Source: Candidatus Omnitrophota bacterium (GTDB lineage Bacteria; Omnitrophota; Gorgyraeia; Gygaellales; Profunditerraquicolaceae). From it: a stretch of 64,000 nucleotides of DNA. Made by a program: the position numbers and the translations under genes. The notes below the pieces were generated by a model, which had not been told where the DNA came from, searched no databases, and was given only the letters and a program-made list of their open reading frames with translations. Below are positions 1 through 7,714 of this stretch, in pieces (the stretch's first letter is position 1; each line of letters begins with the position of its first letter). The DNA lies in the NCBI GenBank assembly GCA_041653955.1, contig JBAZEH010000002.1:24380-88379 (forward strand), read 5' to 3'.

Positions 1-1381
1 ATCATCCGCCGTAACCATACGCGTCTTTAATGAGAAGCGTAATATACCGGCTATTGTAAAAGAGGCCCTTGCCCTTAAGCCCGGGTTGATCGGGTTCTCT
101 TGTTATATTTGGAATATCAGAAAAATACTGGATATATGCCGCAGGCTTAAAAATATAGACCCACGCCTAAAGATAGTTTTAGGGGGGCCGGAAGTAAGCC
201 CGCGCGCGGAGGAGATACTGGCTAAAGAAGAAGCTGTTGATATGGTGGTAAGAGGCGAAGGGGAGGAGAGTTTCGCGCGATTGATACATATGGGTCCAAG
301 CCGCGTAAAAGGGGTATCCTTTCGCAAGGGTAAAAAGATAATCCATAATCCTGACAGGCCGTTATTACGCGATATCAATAAGATCCCTTCACCGTATCTT
401 GGCGGATTATTTGATCTCCAGGACAAGTCTATCGTAGATATCCCGTTAGAAACCACGCGCGGTTGCGCCTTTCGCTGCGGATACTGTTATTATCATAAGA
501 ATTTACCCACAGTCAGGTATTTTTCTTTGAGCCGGGTAGAGAAGGAGCTTCAGCTTATTCTCTCTAATGAGCCCCGCGAAGTATACCTGATGGACGCTAC
601 ATTTAACGCTAATCCCGAAAGGGCAAAGGAGATATTGAGGGTATTTATCCGCCATAACCGCAGGAGTAACCTGCACGTGGAGTTAAAAGCGGAATTAGTG
701 GATAGCGAGATGGCGTATCTTTTATCGGAGGCAAACGCCAATAATATAGAGATAGGTATCCAAAGCACAGACCCGAAGGCCCTGAGAGTGGTAAACAGGG
801 ATTTTAATAAGGAGAGGTTTAAAAAAGGTATACGCGCTTTAAATAAACAGGGGCTTTATTATGAGATACAGCTTATAGATCTCCTGCCTTACCAGGACTA
901 TAAAAGCCTGATGAGATCTCTGGATTGGCTTTATTCGCTTCATCCGGCGAAGGTGGTGATATTCCGCCTGGCTGTGCTTCCCGGCACTGCACTGCGGGAG
1001 AGGGCGGGAGATTTCGGGATAGAGTATGGCCGCCAGCCGCCTTATTACGCGTATAAAAGCAATAGCATGGATAGGAATGAAACAAAAAAGGTAGAAAGAT
1101 TATTTTATGCCATGGACCGGCTTTATGACAGCAGGGTTTTTCAGAAGACGCTTTATGCATTCAAGAGGAAGACGGGGGTGAAGATATCTGCGATATTAGA
1201 GGATTGGGTTGAATGGGAGGCGCGCTTTACAAGGCACCCGGAGGATTACCCGGAGTTTTTAAACAGGAAATCACCGGTCTTTCTGCAGTATCTTTGCCGT
1301 AAGCACCGTAAACCTTACCTTTATAAGGAACTTTTGCCGGGGTTACTTAAAACTCTGCCTCCTATGTTTTATCATAAATAG
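1..1381 (+). CDS. B12-binding domain radical SAM protein (5' partial; reading frame open to window start, TTG at 86 is only the first start-like codon)
   Basis: Frame 2 is open from nt 2 with no stop. Radical SAM cluster TRGCAFRCGYCYY (CxxxCxxC). The N-terminal cobalamin-binding-like region has the VLGGPE/VRGEGE pattern. Confidence 0.85.
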   Translation, partial: SSAVTIRVFNEKRNIPAIVKEALALKPGLIGFSCYIWNIRKILDICRRLKNIDPRLKIVLGGPEVSPRAEEILAKEEAVDMVVRGEGEESFARLIHMGPSRVKGVSFRKGKKIIHNPDRPLLRDINKIPSPYLGGLFDLQDKSIVDIPLETTRGCAFRCGYCYYHKNLPTVRYFSLSRVEKELQLILSNEPREVYLMDATFNANPERAKEILRVFIRHNRRSNLHVELKAELVDSEMAYLLSEANANNIEIGIQSTDPKALRVVNRDFNKERFKKGIRALNKQGLYYEIQLIDLLPYQDYKSLMRSLDWLYSLHPAKVVIFRLAVLPGTALRERAGDFGIEYGRQPPYYAYKSNSMDRNETKKVERLFYAMDRLYDSRVFQKTLYAFKRKTGVKISAILEDWVEWEARFTRHPEDYPEFLNRKSPVFLQYLCRKHRKPYLYKELLPGLLKTLPPMFYHK

Positions 1382-1458
1382 GTTGCATAAAGCTGTTCTT
1401 TGGAGTAAAGTATATTAAGTGAGTAGTGCCGTAAGCGTAATCCAGCGAAAGGAATATT

Positions 1459-1614
1459 TTGGCCAGAGAAAATTATTCGTATAAGAAATATCAGAAAGAA
1501 TTAGCCAGGAAGAAGAAGGCAGAGGAGAAGAGGCAGAAAAAGCTGGAGAAGAAAGCAGCGGAGGCCGCGCTCGAATCCGGGCAATCCCCCGATGACCAGG
1601 CTGTTTTGGAGTGA
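1459..1614 (+). CDS. hypothetical small Lys/Glu-rich protein (51 aa, TTG start)
   Basis: Hand translation gives LARENYSYKKYQKELARKKKAEEKRQKKLEKKAAEAALESGQSPDDQAVLE. AGGA lies 5 nt upstream. Stop TGA at 1612-1614, 4 nt before the palindromic element. Not in the ORF track (<60 aa). Confidence 0.3.
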   Translation: MARENYSYKKYQKELARKKKAEEKRQKKLEKKAAEAALESGQSPDDQAVLE

Positions 1615-1617
1615 GGT

Positions 1618-1703
1618 AACGCCCAAATCTATCGGATGATTTGGCGTAAACTGTTGTTTTAACGCCCAAATCTATCGGATGATTTGGCGTAAACTGCTGT
1701 TTA
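1618..1703. repeat. tandem 2 x 43-bp palindromic element (copies 41/43 identical), hairpin CCAAATC..GATTTGG
   Basis: Copy 1 (1618-1660) is aacgcccaaatctatcggatgatttggcgtaaactgttgtttt. Copy 2 (1661-1703) is aacgcccaaatctatcggatgatttggcgtaaactgctgttta. A related third copy lies at 38924-38953. Confidence 0.85.
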
Positions 1704-1712
1704 GGAGGTAAA

Positions 1713-1871
1713 ATGGAATATCAGAGTGGTGGATTTGGCGGGCCCAGGGAGATGCATAAGGCAGTATGTTCGGAATGCAAGAAAGAGTGTGAAGTCCCAT
1801 TCAAACCCAGGAATGACCGCCCGATATACTGCAGGGATTGTTATTCAAAGCGCAAGAACGAAGGGCGTTAA
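1713..1871 (+). CDS. small zinc-ribbon protein (52 aa, two CxxC pairs)
   Basis: RBS AGGAGG at 1703-1708, ATG at 1713. Translation MEYQSGGFGGPREMHKAVCSECKKECEVPFKPRNDRPIYCRDCYSKRKNEGR with CxxC..CxxC. Below the ORF-track length cutoff. Confidence 0.6.
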   Translation: MEYQSGGFGGPREMHKAVCSECKKECEVPFKPRNDRPIYCRDCYSKRKNEGR

Positions 1872-1890
1872 TTTTATAGCAGAAGCCTGA

Positions 1891-1933
1891 AAACCGCAAG
1901 GAAAGGGTATTTGGCCTTGCGGTTTTTTGTTTT
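1891..1933 (+). terminator. rho-independent terminator
   Basis: Stem aaaccgcaagg .. ccttgcggtttt followed by tttgtttt. Confidence 0.6.
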
Positions 1934-2016
1934 GCCGTTGCCCCTTGCCATAGCTATATGATATAATAAAACATTATCTATATAATGAGATTTTATACCG
2001 CAGCTTACAGGATAAG

Positions 2017-2730
2017 ATGATAAAGCAATCTATACAGTCGGTGTTTATATGGGTTGTCGGAGTTCTTCTGTTAGTAGTGTTGTTTCTGACTATGGCATTA
2101 CTTTCGGTGCTCCTTTATCCTTTTGACAGGAAACGTAAGATCGTGCACGCACAGTGTTTTTGGTGGGCGGACGCGGTAACGGCCCTGAACCCTTATTGGG
2201 ATGTAAAGGTGAGCGGGCTTGAGAATATAGACCACAAGAGAACATACGTTGCCGTTTCAAACCATCAGAGCCTCGCCGATATCGTGTTGATGTATAAGAC
2301 AAAAATGCAGTTTAAGTGGGTTGCCAAGGATAGCCTGTTTAGGGTGCCTTTGCTCGGATGGAATATGAGCCTTGCCAGGCATATCCGGCTCAGGCGCGGG
2401 AATCTTTCAAGTATCAGGAAGGTATACAGGGAAGCCGGTGAATGGCTGCGCAAGGGTATATCAGTCGTATTCTTTCCGGAAGGGACAAGGGGCAGTGAAG
2501 AAGGGACAGGGGAGTTCCAGAATGGGGCATTCAAGTTGGCGATAAGCAAAAAGGTCCCTATCCTGCCTATTGCGATCACGGGAACGGGAGATGCTATTCC
2601 AAAAGGAAGCTGGCGGTTTACGACCAGGATCTCATGCGCAATAAAGGTTTTACCTCCCATAGAGACCGCAGGATTTCTGCCGGGCGATTTCTCGCGCTTG
2701 CGCGATATGGCCAGGGAAAAATTATCGTAA
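2017..2730 (+). CDS. plsC: 1-acyl-sn-glycerol-3-phosphate acyltransferase
   Basis: NHQSLADI (HX4D acyltransferase motif), FFPEGTRG motif, N-terminal TM helix. Confidence 0.85.
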   Translation: MIKQSIQSVFIWVVGVLLLVVLFLTMALLSVLLYPFDRKRKIVHAQCFWWADAVTALNPYWDVKVSGLENIDHKRTYVAVSNHQSLADIVLMYKTKMQFKWVAKDSLFRVPLLGWNMSLARHIRLRRGNLSSIRKVYREAGEWLRKGISVVFFPEGTRGSEEGTGEFQNGAFKLAISKKVPILPIAITGTGDAIPKGSWRFTTRISCAIKVLPPIETAGFLPGDFSRLRDMAREKLS

Positions 2731-2737
2731 GATCAGT

Positions 2738-3337
2738 ATGAATATTTTTGTGGGTAACTTATCATTCAAGGCCGGTGAAGAGGACCTGAAGAACCTTTTT
2801 AAAAGTTTTGGCGCTGTTGATTCTGTCAGGATCGTGATGGAAAAAAAAGGTAAAAAATCCAGGGGGTTCGGGTTTGTCCAGATGCCTGATGAACAACAGG
2901 CCCTTGCTGCGATAAGCGCCCTGAACGGTAATGAGTTCATGGAGCGCCCCCTTAATGTCAGCCCGGCGCGCTCCAAGCCTGAAGTAGAGCGGGATAAAGG
3001 CGAAGCAAAAGAGCGCCATCTTAAAGCCGATACTAAAGGCCGTAAAGACCCCTGGTATAAGCCGGCTTTTGAGAAGAAAGCAGGAAGATATAAAACAGGG
3101 AGGCGTTCGCGGAGTTTTATGAAGCGGCGCGCCACAACGGGGATAGCCCAGGAGGCTTTGCCTGAGCCTAAGAGCGGGGAGAACCCTATGCGTTGGCGCA
3201 AAAAGCAGGATCAGCCTAAGCCATGGAAGAAGCGGGCAGGCGGTAAGCCCAATCCATTGCGCAGGAACAGGAGGCATTCGCGCCCGCGCCAATCCCTGGT
3301 CGAAAGCCGCAGGAAACCGGGCGGCTATAACAGATGA
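2738..3337 (+). CDS. RRM-domain RNA-binding protein with Arg/Lys-rich C-terminal tail
   Basis: RNP motifs IFVGNLSF (RNP2) and KSRGFGFVQM (RNP1). The basic tail is RRNRRHSRPRQ. Confidence 0.85.
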   Translation: MNIFVGNLSFKAGEEDLKNLFKSFGAVDSVRIVMEKKGKKSRGFGFVQMPDEQQALAAISALNGNEFMERPLNVSPARSKPEVERDKGEAKERHLKADTKGRKDPWYKPAFEKKAGRYKTGRRSRSFMKRRATTGIAQEALPEPKSGENPMRWRKKQDQPKPWKKRAGGKPNPLRRNRRHSRPRQSLVESRRKPGGYNR

Positions 3338-3582
3338 AGTTAAAATTGAACCTTTATCCGGTAGTCCCGGATATGGAAGAAAGGCTTATAGAGATCTTTC
3401 AGGAAGCGGTGGATAACCGCGCAAAGATGCTTGAGATCACTTATGGCGAAGCCGGAGATATTGTCAAGAAGCGCATACTGAATTTTCTGAATAAAAAAGA
3501 GGTCCGCCAGCTTTATTCCCGCTACGAGAAGACGGAAAAGGGGTGGGGGAGGATTTACGTGCATTTTCGCTGGAAAGATTGA
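3334..3582 (+). CDS. hypothetical protein (82 aa)
   Basis: ORF overlaps the RRM gene stop by 4 nt (coupled). No recognisable motif. Confidence 0.45.
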   Translation: MKLKLNLYPVVPDMEERLIEIFQEAVDNRAKMLEITYGEAGDIVKKRILNFLNKKEVRQLYSRYEKTEKGWGRIYVHFRWKD

Positions 3583-3596
3583 GCTTAACTTTTAGG

Positions 3597-3625
3597 TTGA
3601 CAAACCAGTATAAAGGGGGTATACT
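3597..3625 (+). promoter_or_regulatory. sigma70-like promoter TTGACA-17-TATACT (cold-shock leader module copy A)
   Basis: TTGACA at 3597-3602, TATACT at 3620-3625. Near-identical to the promoter at 36863-36890. Confidence 0.6.
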
Positions 3626-3661
3626 TATTTAACAATATAGGTAAAAGATTAGAAGATCGCA

Positions 3662-3705
3662 GGCCGGAAAAGGGCGATAAAGCTAACCTTTCCGGCTTTT
3701 TTCTT
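3662..3705 (+). terminator. leader hairpin + U-tract (attenuator/terminator) inside the 5' region of the zinc-finger/DEAD-box helicase operon
   Basis: ggccggaaaagg..acctttccggc followed by ttttttcttc. The 3' half CTAACCTTTCCGGCTTTTTT is shared with 36945-36964. Confidence 0.6.
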
Positions 3706-3734
3706 CTATGTTCTCTTTCATAAAGGAAACGGCC

Positions 3735-3881
3735 ATGCAAAAGGTAAAGACATCTCATAAGGGGAGGAAGTGCAGGTTTCCGCGCTGCAAGCAGATCTTA
3801 AGTATATATAACCATGAGGAGTATTGCCATATCCATCTGGGAGAGGTTGGGAATGGATATAAGCCTAAAATACATAAATAA
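3735..3881 (+). CDS. small zinc-finger protein (48 aa)
   Basis: Translation MQKVKTSHKGRKCRFPRCKQILSIYNHEEYCHIHLGEVGNGYKPKIHK with C-x4-C..C-H-x-H. Stop is 2 nt before the helicase ATG. Below the ORF-track cutoff. Confidence 0.5.
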   Translation: MQKVKTSHKGRKCRFPRCKQILSIYNHEEYCHIHLGEVGNGYKPKIHK

Positions 3882-3883
3882 CT

Positions 3884-5149
3884 ATGAGACATGAAACAGT
3901 GAATGTGAATAAAGTTAATGCGCCGCAGGCGCCTAATCAGGCCGGCCGGAGCTTTTACGGGCTTGGTATTGTTCCAAAGATACTGGATATCCTTGAGCGC
4001 ATCAAGTTCAAGGCGCCGACTCCGATCCAGTTCAAGGCTATCCCTCTTGCCATAGAAGGCAAGGATGTTATCGGCATAGCGCAGACCGGGACCGGAAAAA
4101 CACACTCTTTTGCCATACCTATGGTGCAGCGCCTCGTTAATATGAAGGGGGTAGGGCTGGTCCTTGCTCCTACGCGCGAGCTGGCCATACAGATAGAAGA
4201 GGCCTTTCAGGGGATAGCCCGTCCGTTCGGGATGAAGAGCGCCTGTCTTATAGGCGGGGCTCCTATGGAGGCGCAGGTGCAGGCGCTGCGCAAGAATCCG
4301 CGGATAGTTATAGCGACCCCCGGGAGGCTTATTGACCATATGAGCCAGTGGAATTTCATTCCCTCTGAAGTATGTATGCTGGTCCTTGATGAGGCAGACC
4401 GGATGCTTGATATGGGGTTTGCCCCGCAGATAACTAAAATACTAAAATTCCTGCCGAAAGAAAGGCAGACAATGCTGTTTTCCGCGACTATACCAAAAGA
4501 GATCATGCATATAGCCGCTACTTACATGAAGCTTCCGGTATCGGTTGAGATCGCTCCTTCCGGGACAACGGCTGAACGCGTGACCCAGGAATTATTTATC
4601 GTTAATAAAGAAGCCAAGCGCAGGCTCCTTGGAAAACTGCTGGCTCAATACCACGGGCCGGTACTTCTTTTTTCGCGGACAAAACATAACGCGCGTAAGA
4701 TCACTATGTCTATACGTGATATGGGGTATAGCTCCGCGGAGATACATTCTAACCGTTCTCTTAGCCAGCGCCGCGAAGCCCTGGATGGCTTTAAATCAGG
4801 CAGGTATAAGGTTCTCGTTGCAACCGATATAGCCGCAAGAGGCATAGATGTAGCAGGGATAGAGCTGGTTATTAATTATGATATACCCGAAGATGCCGAG
4901 AATTACGTGCATCGTATCGGCCGCACCGCGAGGGCAGGGCATAAGGGGCATGCGATATCTTTTGCCACCCCTGACCAGAGCCGCGATGTGAAGGATATTG
5001 AAAAGCTTATCCGTTCCACTCTCCCCGTGTCAAAACATCCCGAAGTCCCATCCGAAGAGTTCTCCGAATCAATGCAGGCGGCCCCCCGCTATAAAGGTAG
5101 AAGGCCGCAGCAAAACCAGAAACGATATAAGTTCCGCCCTCGCCGCTAA
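3884..5149 (+). CDS. DEAD-box ATP-dependent RNA helicase
   Basis: Q-motif region, AQTGTGKT (motif I), VLDEADRMLDMGF (DEAD), SAT, HRIGRTARAG (motif VI), basic C-terminal tail. Confidence 0.9.
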   Translation: MRHETVNVNKVNAPQAPNQAGRSFYGLGIVPKILDILERIKFKAPTPIQFKAIPLAIEGKDVIGIAQTGTGKTHSFAIPMVQRLVNMKGVGLVLAPTRELAIQIEEAFQGIARPFGMKSACLIGGAPMEAQVQALRKNPRIVIATPGRLIDHMSQWNFIPSEVCMLVLDEADRMLDMGFAPQITKILKFLPKERQTMLFSATIPKEIMHIAATYMKLPVSVEIAPSGTTAERVTQELFIVNKEAKRRLLGKLLAQYHGPVLLFSRTKHNARKITMSIRDMGYSSAEIHSNRSLSQRREALDGFKSGRYKVLVATDIAARGIDVAGIELVINYDIPEDAENYVHRIGRTARAGHKGHAISFATPDQSRDVKDIEKLIRSTLPVSKHPEVPSEEFSESMQAAPRYKGRRPQQNQKRYKFRPRR

Positions 5150-5272
5150 ACAACCAATTAAAAGCAGTGGCTGCCCCTGTTTATTTCTTGACAGGATAGG
5201 TATGTTGTGGTAGGTTATATCATATATATCATACTAATCATACTTATATGCTTTTAAATAAGGAGAGCCAGA

Positions 5273-5503
5273 ATGAAGAAGCCGCATATGCCTAAAATGT
5301 ACGGGACGGTCACCATAGGGGAGCGCGGACAGGTCGTTATCCCCGCGGAGGCCAGAAAGCAGTTTCGCCTGAAGGGCGGGGATAAGCTGATAGTGTTTGC
5401 CAACGGAGAAGGGCCAATAGCGCTGTTTCCCTCCGAGCATTTCACCCAGTTCCTGGAGCATACCGCTGAGATGCTCTCTAAAATAAAGAAGGGTAACGCC
5501 TGA
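5273..5503 (+). CDS. AbrB/MazE/SpoVT-family DNA-binding protein
   Basis: GERGQVVIPAEARKQF swapped-hairpin signature. No toxin partner adjacent. Confidence 0.6.
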   Translation: MKKPHMPKMYGTVTIGERGQVVIPAEARKQFRLKGGDKLIVFANGEGPIALFPSEHFTQFLEHTAEMLSKIKKGNA

Positions 5504-5511
5504 CAGGAGCT

Positions 5512-6774
5512 ATGAAGAGAAACGCCGCAATAATATTATTTTTCTTATTAAGTATTTGCCAGGGCAGGGTATCTGCCGAACAGGTGCTTACCTGGAAGGA
5601 TTGTATCAGAGAAGCGCAGAAAAACCACCCGGATCTGATCTCCGCCAAGGAACAGGTGAGCAGGTCAGTTTCCGGCAGGGAGATAACCAAGAGCAGCCTC
5701 CTGCCGCAGGTTACCGCGGATATAGGGGTAACCACCTCAAGGCCTGCCGGTAAATCCAAAAATACCAATACATATGACTATGGGGTAAGCGGTTCGCAGC
5801 TGCTATTTGACGGCACAAAGACCGGGCAGGAGTTAAGGGCTGCCTCGGAGGATATACAGGCAGCGAAAGAGAGTTATCGTTTTACTTCCTCGGATGTGCG
5901 GCTGCGCCTGCGTACTGCGTTCATAAATCTGCTTAAGGCGCAGGAGATGCTGAATGTGACGCAGGATATCTATGAGATAAGAAGAGGAAATGTGCAGCTG
6001 ATCAGTTTAAGGTATGAGTCGGGTTTAGAGCATAGAGGAGCGCTCCTGACAGCTGAGGCAAACCTCGCCCAGGCAAAACTTGAAATAGACAGGGCAAGAA
6101 GGGACCTTGAGGTAGCGCAATCTCAGCTTAATAAAGAATTAGGAAGGAGTGAATTTGTTCCTATGCGCGCGGAAGGTGATTTTGAGGTGAATATGGATAA
6201 AGATAAACCGGATTTTGCCGATATCGCTAAAGATAACCCTTCCGTAAAAAAGCTGTCTTTTTATAAGAATAGCGCGCTGTACGGGCTTAAGGGGGCGTAT
6301 GCTAATTTTGCCCCTACTATTACTGCCCGCTCTACGGCAGGCAGGACCGCTTCGCATTGGCCTCCGAAGAACAGCCGGTGGGACGCGGGCGTAAGTTTAT
6401 CCTGGCCGCTGTTTGAAGGCGGATTGAAGACCGCGCAGCTTGAACAGGCAAAGGCATTATATAAACAATATGAAGCTGATGAGAGGAGCGCAAGAGACGC
6501 GGTTATATATACCCTGGAGGATACCTGGGCAGCATTGCAGGATAATGTGGAGTCGGTAGGGGTGGAGGAAAAGTTCCTTCAGGCGACGCAGGTGCGTTCT
6601 AATATCGCCGAGGCGCAATATTCATTAGGGCTTATGCAGTTTGATAACTGGACGATAATAGAAGATGACCTTGTGCAAAGTAAAAAGAGCCTGTTGAATG
6701 CCCGGGCAAACGCGTTATACGCCGAGGCGAACTGGATACAGGCGAAAGGAGAGACCCTTGAATATGTTGACTAA
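5512..6774 (+). CDS. TolC-family outer membrane efflux protein
   Basis: Signal peptide, two-repeat coiled-coil/beta-barrel OEP architecture, followed by adaptor and MacB genes. Confidence 0.8.
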   Translation: MKRNAAIILFFLLSICQGRVSAEQVLTWKDCIREAQKNHPDLISAKEQVSRSVSGREITKSSLLPQVTADIGVTTSRPAGKSKNTNTYDYGVSGSQLLFDGTKTGQELRAASEDIQAAKESYRFTSSDVRLRLRTAFINLLKAQEMLNVTQDIYEIRRGNVQLISLRYESGLEHRGALLTAEANLAQAKLEIDRARRDLEVAQSQLNKELGRSEFVPMRAEGDFEVNMDKDKPDFADIAKDNPSVKKLSFYKNSALYGLKGAYANFAPTITARSTAGRTASHWPPKNSRWDAGVSLSWPLFEGGLKTAQLEQAKALYKQYEADERSARDAVIYTLEDTWAALQDNVESVGVEEKFLQATQVRSNIAEAQYSLGLMQFDNWTIIEDDLVQSKKSLLNARANALYAEANWIQAKGETLEYVD

Positions 6775-7714
6775 AAAGACCGGATTCGTGATCCTGCTTT
6801 TAGCCGCAGCCGCAGCCGCGTATCTTATTTTATTTTTTAAAGGGGAGAAAGGCCCCTATGAAGAGATGCGGGAGATAAAACCAGCAAGAGGGGCGATAAA
6901 GTCGGTGATATCAACTACCGGCACAATACTACCTAAGAACCGCCTTGAGATAAAACCTCCGGTGAACGGACGGGTAGAGGAGATGTTGGTTAAGGAGGGA
7001 GAAAAGATCAAGGTTGGCCAGATACTTGCCTGGATGAGCTCAACAGAAAGGGCGGCGCTGGTTGACGCGGCGCGGGGAAAGGGAGAGGAAGAGCTTAAAT
7101 ACTGGAAGGAGGCGTATAAGCCTATACCTCTTATCTCTCCTATTGACGGAGAAGTTATTGTGGCTACTACGCAGCCGGGACAAACCGTTATTACCGGCGA
7201 TGCCGTAGTAGTCCTGTCGGATCATCTGATCGCGCGCGCGCAGGTAGATGAGACCGATATAGGCAAGATAAAACTCAAACAGGAGGCAGTGATCACACTG
7301 GATGCCTATCCGGATAAAAAGGTTAATGGAAAGGTAGGGCATATCTATTATGAATCAGAGACGGTGAATAATGTTACGGTATATAAGGTAGATGTCATCC
7401 CGCAGGAGGAAGTGCTTTTCTTCCGCTCGGGGATGAATGCCATGATAGACTTTAAGGAAGATACCAGACCCGATTCCCTTTTGCTCCCGCAGGAAGCCGT
7501 GAGCAGGGATAAGGAGGGTAGTTGGGTGTTGTTAAAGAGAGGTAATAGCAGGGAACCTGAGAAGCGCGCGGTAAAGCTCGGGAATTCCGATGAGAATAAT
7601 GTAGAGATAATCTTTGGGTTGGATGATTCCGATACCGTGGTCGTCAAATCAACTGAATATAAATTGCCTACCGCGGCTACTTCTACAAATCCCTTTATGC
7701 CCAAAAGAAGATGA
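6764..7714 (+). CDS. macA: efflux periplasmic adaptor subunit (MacA/HlyD family)
   Basis: N-terminal TM (MLTKKTGFVILLLAAAAAAYL), then biotinyl/lipoyl-like and beta-barrel adaptor regions. Start taken at the ATG at 6764 rather than the track start 6698. Confidence 0.8.
   Translation: MLTKKTGFVILLLAAAAAAYLILFFKGEKGPYEEMREIKPARGAIKSVISTTGTILPKNRLEIKPPVNGRVEEMLVKEGEKIKVGQILAWMSSTERAALVDAARGKGEEELKYWKEAYKPIPLISPIDGEVIVATTQPGQTVITGDAVVVLSDHLIARAQVDETDIGKIKLKQEAVITLDAYPDKKVNGKVGHIYYESETVNNVTVYKVDVIPQEEVLFFRSGMNAMIDFKEDTRPDSLLLPQEAVSRDKEGSWVLLKRGNSREPEKRAVKLGNSDENNVEIIFGLDDSDTVVVKSTEYKLPTAATSTNPFMPKRR

Noticed and set aside
1415-1669. 84-aa minus-strand ORF
   Set aside because: It spans the palindromic tandem repeat and the Lys-rich + strand ORF. 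Its translation is repeat-driven low complexity.
1618-1703. Possible CRISPR array
   Set aside because: There are only two directly abutting 43-bp units with no spacers and no cas genes. A third copy sits 37 kb away in a regulatory position. It is better explained as a cis-regulatory palindrome.
3755-4339. 194-aa minus-strand ORF
   Set aside because: It lies entirely antisense to the well-supported DEAD-box helicase and the small zinc-finger ORF, with no motifs. This is a shadow ORF.
5150-5272. tRNA or other structured RNA in intergenic gaps (5150-5272, 12160-12274, 57863-57976)
   Set aside because: Read by eye, no cloverleaf-compatible stems or conserved T-loop (GTTCRA) were found. These gaps look like ordinary AT-rich promoter regions. 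This was not systematically excluded without tRNAscan/Infernal.
6698-6763. Long N-terminal extension of the MacA adaptor (track start)
   Set aside because: The extension overlaps the tolC 3' end and its translation is Arg-rich junk. The ATG at 6764, followed by a TM helix, is the plausible start.
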